Shown: positions 19,063 through 29,401, counted from the stretch's first letter. The stretch is 64,000 nt of DNA from a marine bacterium B5-7 (GCA_021604525.1 BQJD01000013.1:11055-75054); one strand, 5' to 3'. Notes: generated by a model from the letters alone, not told the origin. Numbers and translations: made by a program.

Positions 19063-20004
19063 TTATGATTTCGCTTTGGCAAGTCGCGCGGTGCTGACCC
19101 GTGAAACGGGTTGCTTGTCGAGTGCATTCAGGATAAAGCCTGCAGTGTCGAGTAACCGGTCAAAATCTATACCGTGTTGAATACCCATTCCATCAAGCAT
19201 GTAGATAACATCCTCAGTGGCGACGTTGCCGGCCGCGCCGGGCGCATACGGGCAGCCGCCAAGACCTGCAACCGAACTGTCGATCACCGATATGCCTTCG
19301 CCAAGCGCTGCAAAAATATTCACGAGTGCCTGTCCATAAGTATCATGAAAATGCACTGCCAGTTGTGTCACAGGTACGACTTCGGTAACACGTCTGATCA
19401 AAGCAACGGCCTTGAGTGGTGTACCAGTGCCGATCGTGTCGCCCAGGGAAACCTCGTAACAGCCCATTTTGATTAGCTGTTCAGATACATCGGCTACCCG
19501 GTCTGGATCGACATCACCCTCGTAAGGGCAACCGAGTACGCAGGAGACATAGCCTCGCACCCGCAGTCCTTCAGCAAGCGCCCTGGAACAAACCGGCCTG
19601 AATCGCTCCAGGCTTTCAGCAATGGAACAGTTAATATTTTTTGCTGAAAATGTCTCTGAAGCAGCGCCGAATACTGCGATCTCGGTTGCACCGGATTCGA
19701 TAGCCGCTTCGAGTCCGCGAAGATTCGGAACCAGCACGGCAAGGTGATCACGGTCGGACCGATCGAAATGTTCCAGTAGAATGCCGGTGTCGGCCATTTT
19801 CGGCACCCAGCGTGGTGATACGAAGCTGCCCGCCTCGACCGCTTTAAGCCCACAGTCGAGGAGACGACGCACCAGTTCGATACGGGTTTGCGTAGAAAAT
19901 TCTGCCGATTCGTTTTGCAAGCCATCCCGCGGTCCGACTTCGACAATCCTGACTTTAGTTGGATAAACGCCGGCAGGTCGTGCCGCTGCGCTGGATGAGG
20001 CCAT
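19063..20004 (-). CDS. hmgL: Hydroxymethylglutaryl-CoA lyase
   Basis: EVGPRDGLQNE, SLGDTIG, HFHDTYG, GLGGCPYAPGAAGN. Confidence 0.93.
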   Translation of the reverse strand: MASSSAAARPAGVYPTKVRIVEVGPRDGLQNESAEFSTQTRIELVRRLLDCGLKAVEAGSFVSPRWVPKMADTGILLEHFDRSDRDHLAVLVPNLRGLEAAIESGATEIAVFGAASETFSAKNINCSIAESLERFRPVCSRALAEGLRVRGYVSCVLGCPYEGDVDPDRVADVSEQLIKMGCYEVSLGDTIGTGTPLKAVALIRRVTEVVPVTQLAVHFHDTYGQALVNIFAALGEGISVIDSSVAGLGGCPYAPGAAGNVATEDVIYMLDGMGIQHGIDFDRLLDTAGFILNALDKQPVSRVSTARLAKAKS

Positions 20005-20006
20005 GA

Positions 20007-20654
20007 CTAAATGTAGTGCGCGGTGCGTGTCATGACCTTTGAAGCAAGACGCATGAGGCTTTTGAATGGTGGCGGCAGATCGGCGGCACCGGCAGTGACC
20101 GCCATTGTGGCGTGCTCGCGTTCGTCGCTTTTCATCTGCTTGACCACCGCGCGACTTTTGGCATCGTCAACCGGCAGCCGTTGCAGGTGACCCTCGAGAT
20201 GTTCGACGACCTGGCGTTCGGTTTCAGCAACGAAACCGAGATTCCAGCGATCACCGGCTAATCCGGCCAAGGCACCAATGGCGAATGCGCCACCGTACCA
20301 AAGGGGGTTCAGCAGACTGCGATGGCCGTCGAGTTCGTCGATGCGTTGGGCACACCATTTGAGATGATCATTCTCTTCTTCAGCAGCCTGCAGCATGCTG
20401 CGTCGAACTTCATCGTTGCGGGAGGTGACGGCCTGTGCCTGATACAGTGCCTGGGCGCAGACCTCGCCAACGTGATTGACACGCATCAACGCCGCTGAAA
20501 GTTTTTTTTCCGACGCATCGAGATCGGTTTCGTCCATGTTACTCGCCGGGTCGGGGCGACCGGTTCCTGGAGGATTACCGAAAATCGTCGTCAAGGCCTC
20601 GTCAGCACGCATCAAAAGGTGATCCATGGGTGAATAGCGACGCGTTGTCTGCAT
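20007..20654 (-). CDS. coq7: Di-iron demethoxyubiquinone hydroxylase
   Basis: [36 protein letters not shown]. Confidence 0.95.
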   Translation of the reverse strand: MQTTRRYSPMDHLLMRADEALTTIFGNPPGTGRPDPASNMDETDLDASEKKLSAALMRVNHVGEVCAQALYQAQAVTSRNDEVRRSMLQAAEEENDHLKWCAQRIDELDGHRSLLNPLWYGGAFAIGALAGLAGDRWNLGFVAETERQVVEHLEGHLQRLPVDDAKSRAVVKQMKSDEREHATMAVTAGAADLPPPFKSLMRLASKVMTRTAHYI

Positions 20655-20887
20655 TTGAAAACTCCCGGTCATAAAGCCAAAGTTCAAGGGTAATTGTAAC
20701 GCTGCCGGGCTGTTCAGGCTAACTTGTTGTGGCACCATTAACAAATTGCTATCCTGCCGCAGTCACCTGCAGACACTCGCCTGAACATGTTGTCTGGCAG
20801 GCGAACCATCGGTCGTTTGGATAGATCTCATGACCGTTAAACATCACACATTAATTCGCGTATTTATCCAATCCGGAGCTTCCCCTA

Positions 20888-22687
20888 ATGGCAGAATATA
20901 TAGCCCCACTCAGGGATTTTAAATTCATCCTTGAAGAATTGGCTGATCTCGAAGGCGTGGCGGCACTGCCTGGCCTTGAGGAAGCGACCCCGGATCTGGT
21001 CGATGCGGTTCTTGCGGAGGCCGGCAAATTTGCCACCAACGTACTATCGCCACTGAATAAAGTCGGCGACACGGTTGGTGCACGATTTATCAATGGTGAA
21101 GTCAAGACTGCCGACGGCTGGAAGGATGCCTACCGGGCATTTTCCGAGGGCGGATGGTCATCGCTTGCATTCGATCCAGCCTATGGCGGTCAGGGGTTGC
21201 CGACATTGGTATCTGCTGCCGTGCAGGAGATGCAAAATAGTGCCAACCTGGCATTCGCATTGTGCCCGATGCTGACCCAGGCAGCAGTCGAAGCAATCAC
21301 CCACCATGGTTCCGATGCGCAAAGAGAAACTTATCTTGAAAAAATGATTAGTGGTGAATGGACCGGAACCATGAACCTGACCGAACCGCAGGCGGGTTCC
21401 GATCTTGCCGCCATAAAGACTACAGCCGAACCGCAAGGGAATCATTACCTGGTCAAGGGTCAGAAAATCTTCATCACCTATGGCGATCATGACCTCACTT
21501 CCAACACGATCCATATGGTCCTTGCGCGTATTCCGGGTGCGCCCGATGGCGTGAAGGGAATCTCCTTGTTTATCGTACCGAAGTTTCTTGTGGATGAAGA
21601 GGGTAACCCCGGGCAACGAAATGATGTCAAGTGTGTCTCCATCGAACACAAGCTGGGTATTCATGGAAGCCCCACAGCGGTGTTGGCCTATGGAGATGAT
21701 GGCGGCGCGACCGGCTATCTCGTTGGTGAGGAAAATCGTGGCCTTGAATACATGTTCACCATGATGAACCTCGCTCGTCATGCCGTTGGGGTAGAGGGCT
21801 ACGCACTGGGTGAACGCGCCTATCAGCAGGCGTTGGAATATGCACGCGAGCGGGTTCAGGGACGTGATTCGCAAGTGCCAACAGAGCGGGTGGCGATTGT
21901 TCGCCATCCTGATGTCAGACGTATGCTGATGGACATGAAAGTCCAGGTCGAAGCCATGCGGGCGGTCGGTTGTATTGCCGCCGGTGCGATGGATAAATCA
22001 ATGCGCAGTACCGATCAATCACTCCTGAAAGACGCATGCAACCTGGTGGACATCCTGACGCCCATCGTCAAAGGCTGGTCCACAGAGGTGGGTACCGAGC
22101 TGACCTCGATTGGACTTCAAGTACATGGCGGCATGGGCTTCATCGAAGAAACCGGTGCCGCCCAGTATTATCGCGACGCACGAATCACGCCAATATATGA
22201 AGGCACCACTGGAATCCAGGCAAATGATATTGCCGGTAGAAAACTCCTGCGAGACGGTGGTGTTCTGGCGAGCTGGATGATTGCGAAAATGCGAACAGAT
22301 ATGGGTGTGCTGACTTCAGTCGACAGCGAAGAGGCAGGAAGCCTTCACGAAGCCATGGAGACAGCGCTCAATGCGCTTGAAGACTCAGTTACCGAACTGC
22401 TTGCCCAAGGGGAGTCAAATGCGTCACAGGCCATGGCGGTATCCGTACCCTATCTGATGCAATTTGGTTACGTTGTCGGCGGTTGGGCGATGACTCTTGC
22501 CTACGCAGCGGCCGAGCGTCATATCGCCGATTCAAGCGACGATCCCTTCTACCGCGATAAGCAGCTATCTGCCGTGCATTACATTCAGCAGATTCTGCCC
22601 CGTGCGAGCGCCTGCCATGCGCGTATTCAATCAGGCGGTCAATTGATAGTCGACATAGACGACGATTGGTTCAGCCGCGCGTATTAA
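20888..22687 (+). CDS. Acyl-CoA dehydrogenase, DmdC (MMPA-CoA dehydrogenase)-like family
   Basis: GTMNLTEPQAGSDL, KIFITYG, EHKLGIHGSPT, QVHGGMGF, IYEGTTGIQA; ~600 aa long-form ACAD. Confidence 0.88.
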   Translation: MAEYIAPLRDFKFILEELADLEGVAALPGLEEATPDLVDAVLAEAGKFATNVLSPLNKVGDTVGARFINGEVKTADGWKDAYRAFSEGGWSSLAFDPAYGGQGLPTLVSAAVQEMQNSANLAFALCPMLTQAAVEAITHHGSDAQRETYLEKMISGEWTGTMNLTEPQAGSDLAAIKTTAEPQGNHYLVKGQKIFITYGDHDLTSNTIHMVLARIPGAPDGVKGISLFIVPKFLVDEEGNPGQRNDVKCVSIEHKLGIHGSPTAVLAYGDDGGATGYLVGEENRGLEYMFTMMNLARHAVGVEGYALGERAYQQALEYARERVQGRDSQVPTERVAIVRHPDVRRMLMDMKVQVEAMRAVGCIAAGAMDKSMRSTDQSLLKDACNLVDILTPIVKGWSTEVGTELTSIGLQVHGGMGFIEETGAAQYYRDARITPIYEGTTGIQANDIAGRKLLRDGGVLASWMIAKMRTDMGVLTSVDSEEAGSLHEAMETALNALEDSVTELLAQGESNASQAMAVSVPYLMQFGYVVGGWAMTLAYAAAERHIADSSDDPFYRDKQLSAVHYIQQILPRASACHARIQSGGQLIVDIDDDWFSRAY

Positions 22688-22716
22688 CAGCATAATATTC
22701 GTCCTTAAAGATCCGC

Positions 22717-23055
22717 TCAGGCAAGCTTCAGGCCATTGTCGACCGGTCGTTCCGGCGTTGCCAGCACAACGCTGCCGTCTTCGCGAACAAAACCTGTGAC
22801 CAGGCATTCGGAACGCATCGGGCCGATCTGTTTTACCGGAAAATTTATGACGCCCACAATCTGCATTCCAAGCAGTTTTTCCTTATCGTAAAGATCGGTT
22901 ATCTGAGCGCTTGATTTGCGAATGCCGATATCCGTTCCGAAGTCGATCTTTAACTTGTAGGCGGGTCGCCGTGCCTCGGGAAAATCTTCAACTTCGATAA
23001 TGGTCCCACTGCGAAGCTCGACTTGCTCGAATTCGTCCCAACTTATCTCCTTCAT
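22717..23055 (-). CDS. csaA: CsaA/tRNA-binding OB-fold protein
   Basis: [33 protein letters not shown]; ATGA overlap with the upstream kinase gene. Confidence 0.92.
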   Translation of the reverse strand: MKEISWDEFEQVELRSGTIIEVEDFPEARRPAYKLKIDFGTDIGIRKSSAQITDLYDKEKLLGMQIVGVINFPVKQIGPMRSECLVTGFVREDGSVVLATPERPVDNGLKLA

Positions 23056-24107
23056 GATGCATTTCCCGTAATTGAATCAGGGTTGAATTTGTGACGATCG
23101 GGAAATACCCGGTTCATCCAGTTGGTGAGTTTTGCCAATGCAGGATGATCGAAATGAGATTCGAGAAGTCGGAAAACCCTCGGCAGATGTTTCAGGTAGC
23201 GTCGCTTGCCGTCTCGCAAATACAGCCGGCTGAAAATTCCAATCACCTTTGCATGACGCTGCGCTGCCAGAAGTGAGTACCAGTTTGTGAAATTGTCTTT
23301 TTCGAGTTTTGGCATGCCCTTGAGATAGTAGTTGATATAACGCTGTCGAAATTCAGGCTCCATATCCCGGCGCGCATCCTCGAGCAGCGACGCAAGATCA
23401 TAGGCGATTGGACCGATCATGGCGTCCTGAAAATCCAGCAGGGCACATTCTTGCTTACCGTCATGATCGATTAGCATAAGGTTGTCCACATGAAAGTCGC
23501 GTAACACTAATGTCATTTCAGGTGGTGGCATGGCGTCGATAATGTTCCGCCAGATTTCCATATACGCGTCCCGCTCTGTCGTGTCGATTGTTTTGCCGAA
23601 GACCAACGGGTAATGCCAGTCGGGGAGTAACAATGCTTCGGTCAGGAGAGCCTTTGTATCGTAGTTCGGGCGGTCAATGAGAGATGCGTTCCCCTGGCTG
23701 TGAAGCACTATTAGTGTATCGACGGCCAGGGTGTACAAACGATCGGCATTCTCATTGTTATCAAGCAGACGCGTAAAGGTATTATCGCCAAAATCTTCCA
23801 GCAGCAAAAAACCGTTGTCGACATCGCTGTCGATGATCTTAGGTGCTATCAGGCCCAGTGATCGCAGGTGCTTATCGACCGTCATAAAGGGCCGAACGTC
23901 CTCGTTGGGTGGCGGCGCATCCATCAACATGTATGTTCGATCATTATCAGCTATTCTGAAATAGCATCTGAATGACGCATCCGGCGCCAGCGGAACAAGC
24001 CTGACGTTACCGAGTCCTTGACGACTGATAAATTCTCTACGTGCCGAAACGCGTTGCGGATCGTCATGCAATGAGATCGGCGGACATTCAGGGGAATCAT
24101 GCGACAT
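23052..24107 (-). CDS. amgK: APH-family phosphotransferase, AmgK (MurNAc/GlcNAc kinase)-like
   Basis: DASFRx[23 protein letters not shown], GIFSRLxxRDGKxxYL. Confidence 0.8.
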   Translation of the reverse strand: MSHDSPECPPISLHDDPQRVSARREFISRQGLGNVRLVPLAPDASFRCYFRIADNDRTYMLMDAPPPNEDVRPFMTVDKHLRSLGLIAPKIIDSDVDNGFLLLEDFGDNTFTRLLDNNENADRLYTLAVDTLIVLHSQGNASLIDRPNYDTKALLTEALLLPDWHYPLVFGKTIDTTERDAYMEIWRNIIDAMPPPEMTLVLRDFHVDNLMLIDHDGKQECALLDFQDAMIGPIAYDLASLLEDARRDMEPEFRQRYINYYLKGMPKLEKDNFTNWYSLLAAQRHAKVIGIFSRLYLRDGKRRYLKHLPRVFRLLESHFDHPALAKLTNWMNRVFPDRHKFNPDSITGNAS

Positions 24108-24172
24108 GATGTCAAACCATGAGTTAAATAAATTACGAATAACCCGATTGTGGCATTAGTTGATTATTTTGC

Positions 24173-24200
24173 AAAAAAAAGCGGCACATCCTTATGCCGC
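24173..24200 (-). terminator. Intrinsic terminator of the FAD-oxidoreductase gene
   Basis: GCGGCA-N8-TGCCGC stem followed by T8 on the minus strand. Confidence 0.7.
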
Positions 24201-24331
24201 ATGAGAGTCACCGAGGGTGTCGGCGTTGTACACATCATGATCTCGGACACTGTGTCGATACAACCTCTCAATCGGTTCAATATAATTTGTATTCTGCCAG
24301 GTATGTTCGAGATGCAGCTGACACACAGGCT

Positions 24332-25744
24332 TCAGATAATTTTGCCGGAATTCATGAGGCCATCGGGATCGATGGCCTTTTTAAGCGTACGCATCATATC
24401 GAGTTCCACACGGTTTTTGTGTTGCCGCATGAGATCCAACTTTAATAGGCCGATTCCATGTTCCGCGCTGAATGAACCGTTCAGTGAAGTCACGATGCCA
24501 TATACCGCCTGGCGAAGTGCGGGTTTGGCCGCAACGAAATCGTCCGGATCCATGCCAACCGGCTGCAACAGGTTGCAGTGGATATTTCCATCGCCAATAT
24601 GGCCAAAAGGGTAGGGACGTGTGCCAGGCAAAACGCGTTGGACTTCTACCATTACACGGGATATCAGTTCCGGGACCTTTGATACCGGTACCGAGACATC
24701 ATGACTGACGGTCTTCCCCTCGGCACGTTGGCCAGCAACAATTGCCTCACGTATCTTCCAAAGGGATTTTTCCTGAGATTCCGAGCCGCTGATGACAGCA
24801 TCATTTAGCCAGCCCTCATCAAGGCTCCTGGCAAGAAACGCTTCGGTAATGGCGTTAATGTTGATGACGTGTGATGAAGTCGCAAACTGGCACAGGATGT
24901 ACCAGGGGTGAGATGTTTCCAATGGATTATCGCAACCGGGAACGTGATTGGCCGCTGCCTGCATGGCAATGTCAGGAATCAATTCAAAGCTGCTGAGCTG
25001 ATCGCCACTCAATTGACGCGCCAGTATCAGCAATTGCAAAGCGTCATCAAGGTTGGAGAAACCCAACAAAATGGTTTGTGATTGCACTGCTTGTGGATAA
25101 AGACGTAAAGTGGCCGCGGTTACAATGCCAAGCGTACCCTCGGCGCCAATGAATAACTGTTTCAGATCGTAGCCGGTATTGTTCTTCAAAAGTGCAGTCA
25201 AGCCATCCCAAACCCTGCCATCGGCCAGAACAACCTCAAGCCCCAGTACTTGTGAACGGGTATTGCCATAGCGAAGGACGTTGATTCCGCCTGCGTTTGT
25301 GGAAATGATTCCACCAATCAGACAGCTCCCCTCGGCGCCAAGGCTGACCGGAAACATGCGATTCATATCATGGGCTACCGCCTGAATATCCGCTAGAACA
25401 CATCCGGCTTCGACCGTGATGGTGCCGTTTAATTGGTCACGATGACGAATGGCGCGTAATCTTTTCAGGGACAATATGACCTCGCCGTTTTCAGCGACAG
25501 CGCCGCCGCAAAGGCCCGTGTTGCCGCCTTGTGGAACCACAGTCACATTGGCGTCGGCACAAGCAGTGATAACCTGGCTGACCTCTCCGGTGTCGGCTGG
25601 TAGCACGACACACAGTGGGTGACTTTCATAATCACCTCGCTGTTCGGTAAGAAAGGGCCCGGCGTCGCTATTGTCACTGCCAAGCAGGTAGCGATCCCCG
25701 ACTATGCGTCGCAAACGTCCGACCAACTGAATCGAATCTGTCAT
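24332..25744 (-). CDS. FAD-binding oxidoreductase (D-2-hydroxyacid dehydrogenase-like, VAO/PCMH family)
   Basis: PQGGNTGLCGG, STNAGG, KNNTGYDLKQLFIGAEGTLG, GHIGDGNIH, SAEHGIG. Confidence 0.9.
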   Translation of the reverse strand: MTDSIQLVGRLRRIVGDRYLLGSDNSDAGPFLTEQRGDYESHPLCVVLPADTGEVSQVITACADANVTVVPQGGNTGLCGGAVAENGEVILSLKRLRAIRHRDQLNGTITVEAGCVLADIQAVAHDMNRMFPVSLGAEGSCLIGGIISTNAGGINVLRYGNTRSQVLGLEVVLADGRVWDGLTALLKNNTGYDLKQLFIGAEGTLGIVTAATLRLYPQAVQSQTILLGFSNLDDALQLLILARQLSGDQLSSFELIPDIAMQAAANHVPGCDNPLETSHPWYILCQFATSSHVININAITEAFLARSLDEGWLNDAVISGSESQEKSLWKIREAIVAGQRAEGKTVSHDVSVPVSKVPELISRVMVEVQRVLPGTRPYPFGHIGDGNIHCNLLQPVGMDPDDFVAAKPALRQAVYGIVTSLNGSFSAEHGIGLLKLDLMRQHKNRVELDMMRTLKKAIDPDGLMNSGKII

Positions 25745-25988
25745 TAGTTAAAATGATGCGTTAACAATGATGATCTGGTAAACAGGACTTATATGCATAT
25801 AAAGGTGTTCTGGCTGGTAAAGATGTTCTGGCTTGGCAAGACGCAAAATCGAGCGATTTCTATCCTGATTATTTAAGGAATCACAGCATGACAACCCGAT
25901 CCGCAAAATCCATGAATCCTGGCCAATTCTCGATGCAGATGCTTTCGGATGTGCGCTGAATCCAGTACATTACGTTATTGTGAAGTGT

Positions 25989-26008
25989 CATTCGACCCCT
26001 GTCGAATG
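25989..26008. promoter_or_regulatory. Candidate operator palindrome upstream of the aor operon
   Basis: CATTCGAC-CCCT-GTCGAATG perfect 8-bp inverted repeat ~70 nt before aorA. Confidence 0.4.
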
Positions 26009-26077
26009 TCGCTAATACCACGTTCCACAAGTCGGGTCGGAATATAAGACCCACGTTAGGATTATAAGAGGAGACCC

Positions 26078-26545
26078 ATGTTCCGATCCCTGCATATCGA
26101 TCCTGCCAAGTGTACAGGCTGCCTGCAATGCGAGTTGGCCTGTTCCCTTGAGCATACCGGCGAGTTTAATCCGGCACGTTCACGTATCCGGGTTTTCGAA
26201 TTCGAACACGGCCTGCGCAACATACCCTATACCTGTACCCAATGCGATGAGGCCTGGTGCCTGCATGCCTGCCCGGTCGGTGCCATTGGTGTTGATACGT
26301 TGAGTGGTGCCAAGGATGTCTCTGCGGCAGTGTGTGTGGGTTGCAAGGTCTGTGTTGGGGCCTGTCCGTTTGGAACAATCAACTTCAATCCGGATTCCGG
26401 TAAAGTGGATAAATGCGATCTTTGTGGCGGTGATCCGAAATGTGCGGAAGTGTGTCCAACCGATGCAATCATCTACGGTGATGCTGATTGGAGTGGTCTG
26501 GATAAAATGCGGCAATCTGCTGCAATGTCATTGATGGGGCGTTGA
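26078..26545 (+). CDS. aorA: 4x[4Fe-4S] electron-transfer subunit of AOR
   Basis: CTGCLQCELAC, CTQC..C..CP, CVGCKVCVGACP, CDLC..C..CP; AGAGGAG RBS. Confidence 0.88.
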   Translation: MFRSLHIDPAKCTGCLQCELACSLEHTGEFNPARSRIRVFEFEHGLRNIPYTCTQCDEAWCLHACPVGAIGVDTLSGAKDVSAAVCVGCKVCVGACPFGTINFNPDSGKVDKCDLCGGDPKCAEVCPTDAIIYGDADWSGLDKMRQSAAMSLMGR

Positions 26546-26546
26546 T

Positions 26547-28391
26547 ATGGGTTGGCAGCAAAAAGTACTCAGAGTCGATCTCAATGCAGGAACCTGCACC
26601 ACCGAGCCGCTCAATATGGAATGGGCCGCGCAATATATCGGTACACGTGGTTTGGCAACCCGTTACCTCATGGAGAATATGGATCCGGCGGTCGATGCAC
26701 TGTCGCCTGAAAACGTTCTGATATTTGCCACCGGGCCCTTGGGTGGAACACTGACATCCACCAGTGGACGTTACGCCGTAGTCACCAAGGGGCCGTTGAC
26801 CGGTGCAATCGCCTGTTCAAACTCGGGTGGCAAGTTCGGTGCTGAACTGAAATTCAGCGGTTATGACCTAATGATCGTGACCGGCAAGTCCGAACGCCCC
26901 GTCTACCTTCTCATAGAAGATGATGAGGCAAAGCTCATCAATGCGGAGGATCTGTGGGGCCGAACCGTTTGGGACACCGAGGAGACGATAAAGGCGCGAC
27001 ATCACAGTGAGGATATGAAAGTTGCCTCCATTGGCGTTGCCGGTGAACGCGGCGTTTACTATGCCTGCATTGTCAACGATCTGCATCGCGCTGCGGGTCG
27101 TTCCGGTGTGGGTGCGGTCATGGGTTCGAAGAACCTTAAAGCGGTTGCAGCGCGTGGCTCTCGCGGTATACGGGTTAAAGACCCCTTGCGATTCATGAAG
27201 GTGGTCGAGGAAAAAAACCAGAAACTGGTTGATGATCCGGGCCGTCGCAGCCTGACCAAATCCGGTACCTTGTCGATGATGAATGTCATGCAGGAATTTG
27301 GTGGGTTACCGACCAATAATTTTCGTGATGTTCAGTTTGACGGTGTGGCGAAGGTTAATCATAAGGCGGTCAGGGAAAAACGACATGGCCATCGCAACCT
27401 GCTCACTAACAAGGCGTGCTTTGGTTGCACCATTGCCTGCGGACGTATTGCACATATCGATAAAAATCACTTCTCGGTAGTTAACCGTAAAGAGTACTGG
27501 CACGCCTCCGGCGGGCTCGAGTATGAAACCGCTTTCGCTTTTGGACCGGTTGTGGGGGTTGACGATCTCGATGCATTGACCTTCGCCGGATACATGATGA
27601 ACGAGCACGGTATGGACCCCATATCGTTTGGTGTCACGCTGGCTGCTGCCATGGAGTTATACGAACTCGGCGTTATTACTCGTGAACAGACCGATGGCAT
27701 CGATCTTCGCTTTGGCAATGCCGAAGCATTGACTGTCATGTCCGAGAAAACCGGCAAGTACGAGGGCTTCGGTCGAGAACTTGCACTCGGCTCGAAGCGC
27801 CTGTGCGAGAAGTACGGGCATCCGGAGCTTGCCATGGTGGTCAAGGGTCAGGAATTTGCCGGCTACGATTCACGCGCCCTGCAGGGCATGGGTCTGGGTT
27901 ACGCTACCGGCAACCGAGGTGCATGCCACCTTCGACACGATACCTTTGCCGAGGATATGGAAGATGTCAGTGGTAAGGGCAAGGCGCAACCGTGTAAGGA
28001 TTCCCAGGACAATGTGGCTGCCATCGATTCAGTCGGTATCTGCCTGTTTACAGCTTCTGCCTGGGATCTTGGTGACCTTGCCGATCAAATGGACGCAGCC
28101 TGCGAGGGAACCTGGACGGCGGAGCGACTACGTGAGGCGGGCGAACGAATCTGGAATCTTGAAAGATTGTTTAACATGAAAGCGGGGTTAACGGCCGCTG
28201 ATGACACCCTGCCGCCGCGTATGCTTAAGGATCCCGCGCCAACCGGCATGGCAAAGGGCAAGGTCAATGAGCTCGATGTGATGCTGCCGGAATATTATGC
28301 CTTACGGGAGTGGAGTGTCGACGGGGTACCAACTCGCGCGTTATTGCAACGACTTGACCTTGAGGCATTTGCGCTTGCGGATTCAGCTTGA
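26547..28391 (+). CDS. aorB: Tungsten-dependent aldehyde oxidoreductase, catalytic subunit (AOR family)
   Basis: TKGPLTG, AAGRSGVGAVMGSKNLKA, CFGCTIAC, EYET, RGACH, DSVGICLF. Confidence 0.93.
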   Translation: MGWQQKVLRVDLNAGTCTTEPLNMEWAAQYIGTRGLATRYLMENMDPAVDALSPENVLIFATGPLGGTLTSTSGRYAVVTKGPLTGAIACSNSGGKFGAELKFSGYDLMIVTGKSERPVYLLIEDDEAKLINAEDLWGRTVWDTEETIKARHHSEDMKVASIGVAGERGVYYACIVNDLHRAAGRSGVGAVMGSKNLKAVAARGSRGIRVKDPLRFMKVVEEKNQKLVDDPGRRSLTKSGTLSMMNVMQEFGGLPTNNFRDVQFDGVAKVNHKAVREKRHGHRNLLTNKACFGCTIACGRIAHIDKNHFSVVNRKEYWHASGGLEYETAFAFGPVVGVDDLDALTFAGYMMNEHGMDPISFGVTLAAAMELYELGVITREQTDGIDLRFGNAEALTVMSEKTGKYEGFGRELALGSKRLCEKYGHPELAMVVKGQEFAGYDSRALQGMGLGYATGNRGACHLRHDTFAEDMEDVSGKGKAQPCKDSQDNVAAIDSVGICLFTASAWDLGDLADQMDAACEGTWTAERLREAGERIWNLERLFNMKAGLTAADDTLPPRMLKDPAPTGMAKGKVNELDVMLPEYYALREWSVDGVPTRALLQRLDLEAFALADSA

Positions 28392-28614
28392 TCTTAAGGG
28401 TGAACTCGAAGACGAACTGTCGGAAACCATCGCATCGAACTTTACTGTTGCTGAAGGCGTCACCCTTGAAGACATGCTTAAAAAGTTGCCGTTTGTCGAT
28501 CGGGTTGTCTTGACGTCGGTTAACGGTACCGTCATCGCACGTTCAGACCGCGCCTCGCTGGTACTTAACGAGAGCGATAAAGTCACCTTGTTACCCGCCA
28601 TCAAGGGGGGGTGA
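28375..28614 (+). CDS. moaD: MoaD/ThiS-family sulfur carrier
   Basis: VNG, DKVTLLPAIKGG C-terminal Gly-Gly; probable TTG start after GAGG, overlapping the aorB stop. Confidence 0.85.
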   Translation: MRIQLDLKGELEDELSETIASNFTVAEGVTLEDMLKKLPFVDRVVLTSVNGTVIARSDRASLVLNESDKVTLLPAIKGG

Positions 28615-28617
28615 AAC

Positions 28618-29259
28618 ATGTTGCCCGAGCCAGCGCAACTCGCCTTGTTTCTGGTCAGTTCGTTGGCATTGTTATTGTTACCCGGGCCGGCGGTGTTCTA
28701 CATCATTGCCCGAAGTGTAGCCCAGGGCAGCACGGCTGGATTGGTATCCACGCTGGGCGTTGGTTTTGGTTCATTAATTCATGTACTGGCTGCGGCGTTG
28801 GGTATCTCGGCGTTGTTGGCTTCATCTGTAGAGATATTTTCGCTTCTCCGTATTGCCGGTGCGGGTTATCTGATTTACCTGGGTTTTCGCGCGTTGATGG
28901 CATCCAGGCCAGCAGATGAACCTGTTCAGATTGCCAGGAAACGCATGAAGGTGATATTCCGTGAAGGCGTTGTCGTCAATATTCTCAACCCCAAGACGGC
29001 CATATTTTTTGTCGCTTTCCTGCCCCAGTTTGCCGACCCATCCCGCGGTAGTGTGGGTATGCAGATTTTCCTGCTCGGTTCGTTGTTCGTATTGCTCGGG
29101 ATTACTACCGATGGCATCTATGCGCTGGCGGCAGGCAAGCTTGGGACGCGTCTGGCAGACTTCGGTCGCACCTTGAAGTTACGAAACCGAATTGCAGCAG
29201 GAATCTACTTTGTTCTCGGTGCAATCACTCTGAATGTCGAGGCGCCGAAAGTCTCCTGA
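28618..29259 (+). CDS. LysE/RhtB-family exporter
   Basis: PGP, GAGYLIYLG, NILNPKTAIFF. Confidence 0.92.
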   Translation: MLPEPAQLALFLVSSLALLLLPGPAVFYIIARSVAQGSTAGLVSTLGVGFGSLIHVLAAALGISALLASSVEIFSLLRIAGAGYLIYLGFRALMASRPADEPVQIARKRMKVIFREGVVVNILNPKTAIFFVAFLPQFADPSRGSVGMQIFLLGSLFVLLGITTDGIYALAAGKLGTRLADFGRTLKLRNRIAAGIYFVLGAITLNVEAPKVS

Positions 29260-29281
29260 TCAGCTTCCAGCAAACGTTATA

Positions 29282-29318
29282 GTTACATTTGGTTACATCC
29301 AGGTTACGTTGATGTAAC
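29282..29318. promoter_or_regulatory. Tandem GTTAC repeats plus palindrome upstream of the RND operon
   Basis: GTTACA at 29282 and 29292, GTTACG at 29303 (10/11-bp phasing); GTTAC-N6-GTAAC at 29303-29318. Confidence 0.6.
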
Positions 29319-29401
29319 GAGTTCTATTGTAAACTTCCTGATCGCGGCGACGATTACGCCGTCCACCTTATGATTCGAGATAACCGTTTCAGGATCCGTG
29401 A

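Noticed and set aside
21158-21907. 249 aa minus-strand ORF
   Set aside because: Antisense shadow of the acyl-CoA dehydrogenase, with no motifs.
25810-25860. c-di-GMP-I riboswitch-like fragment (GGTAAA...GACGCAAAA) or sigma54 promoter
   Set aside because: No GNRA-capped P2 stem, and the GG/GC spacing is not N10.
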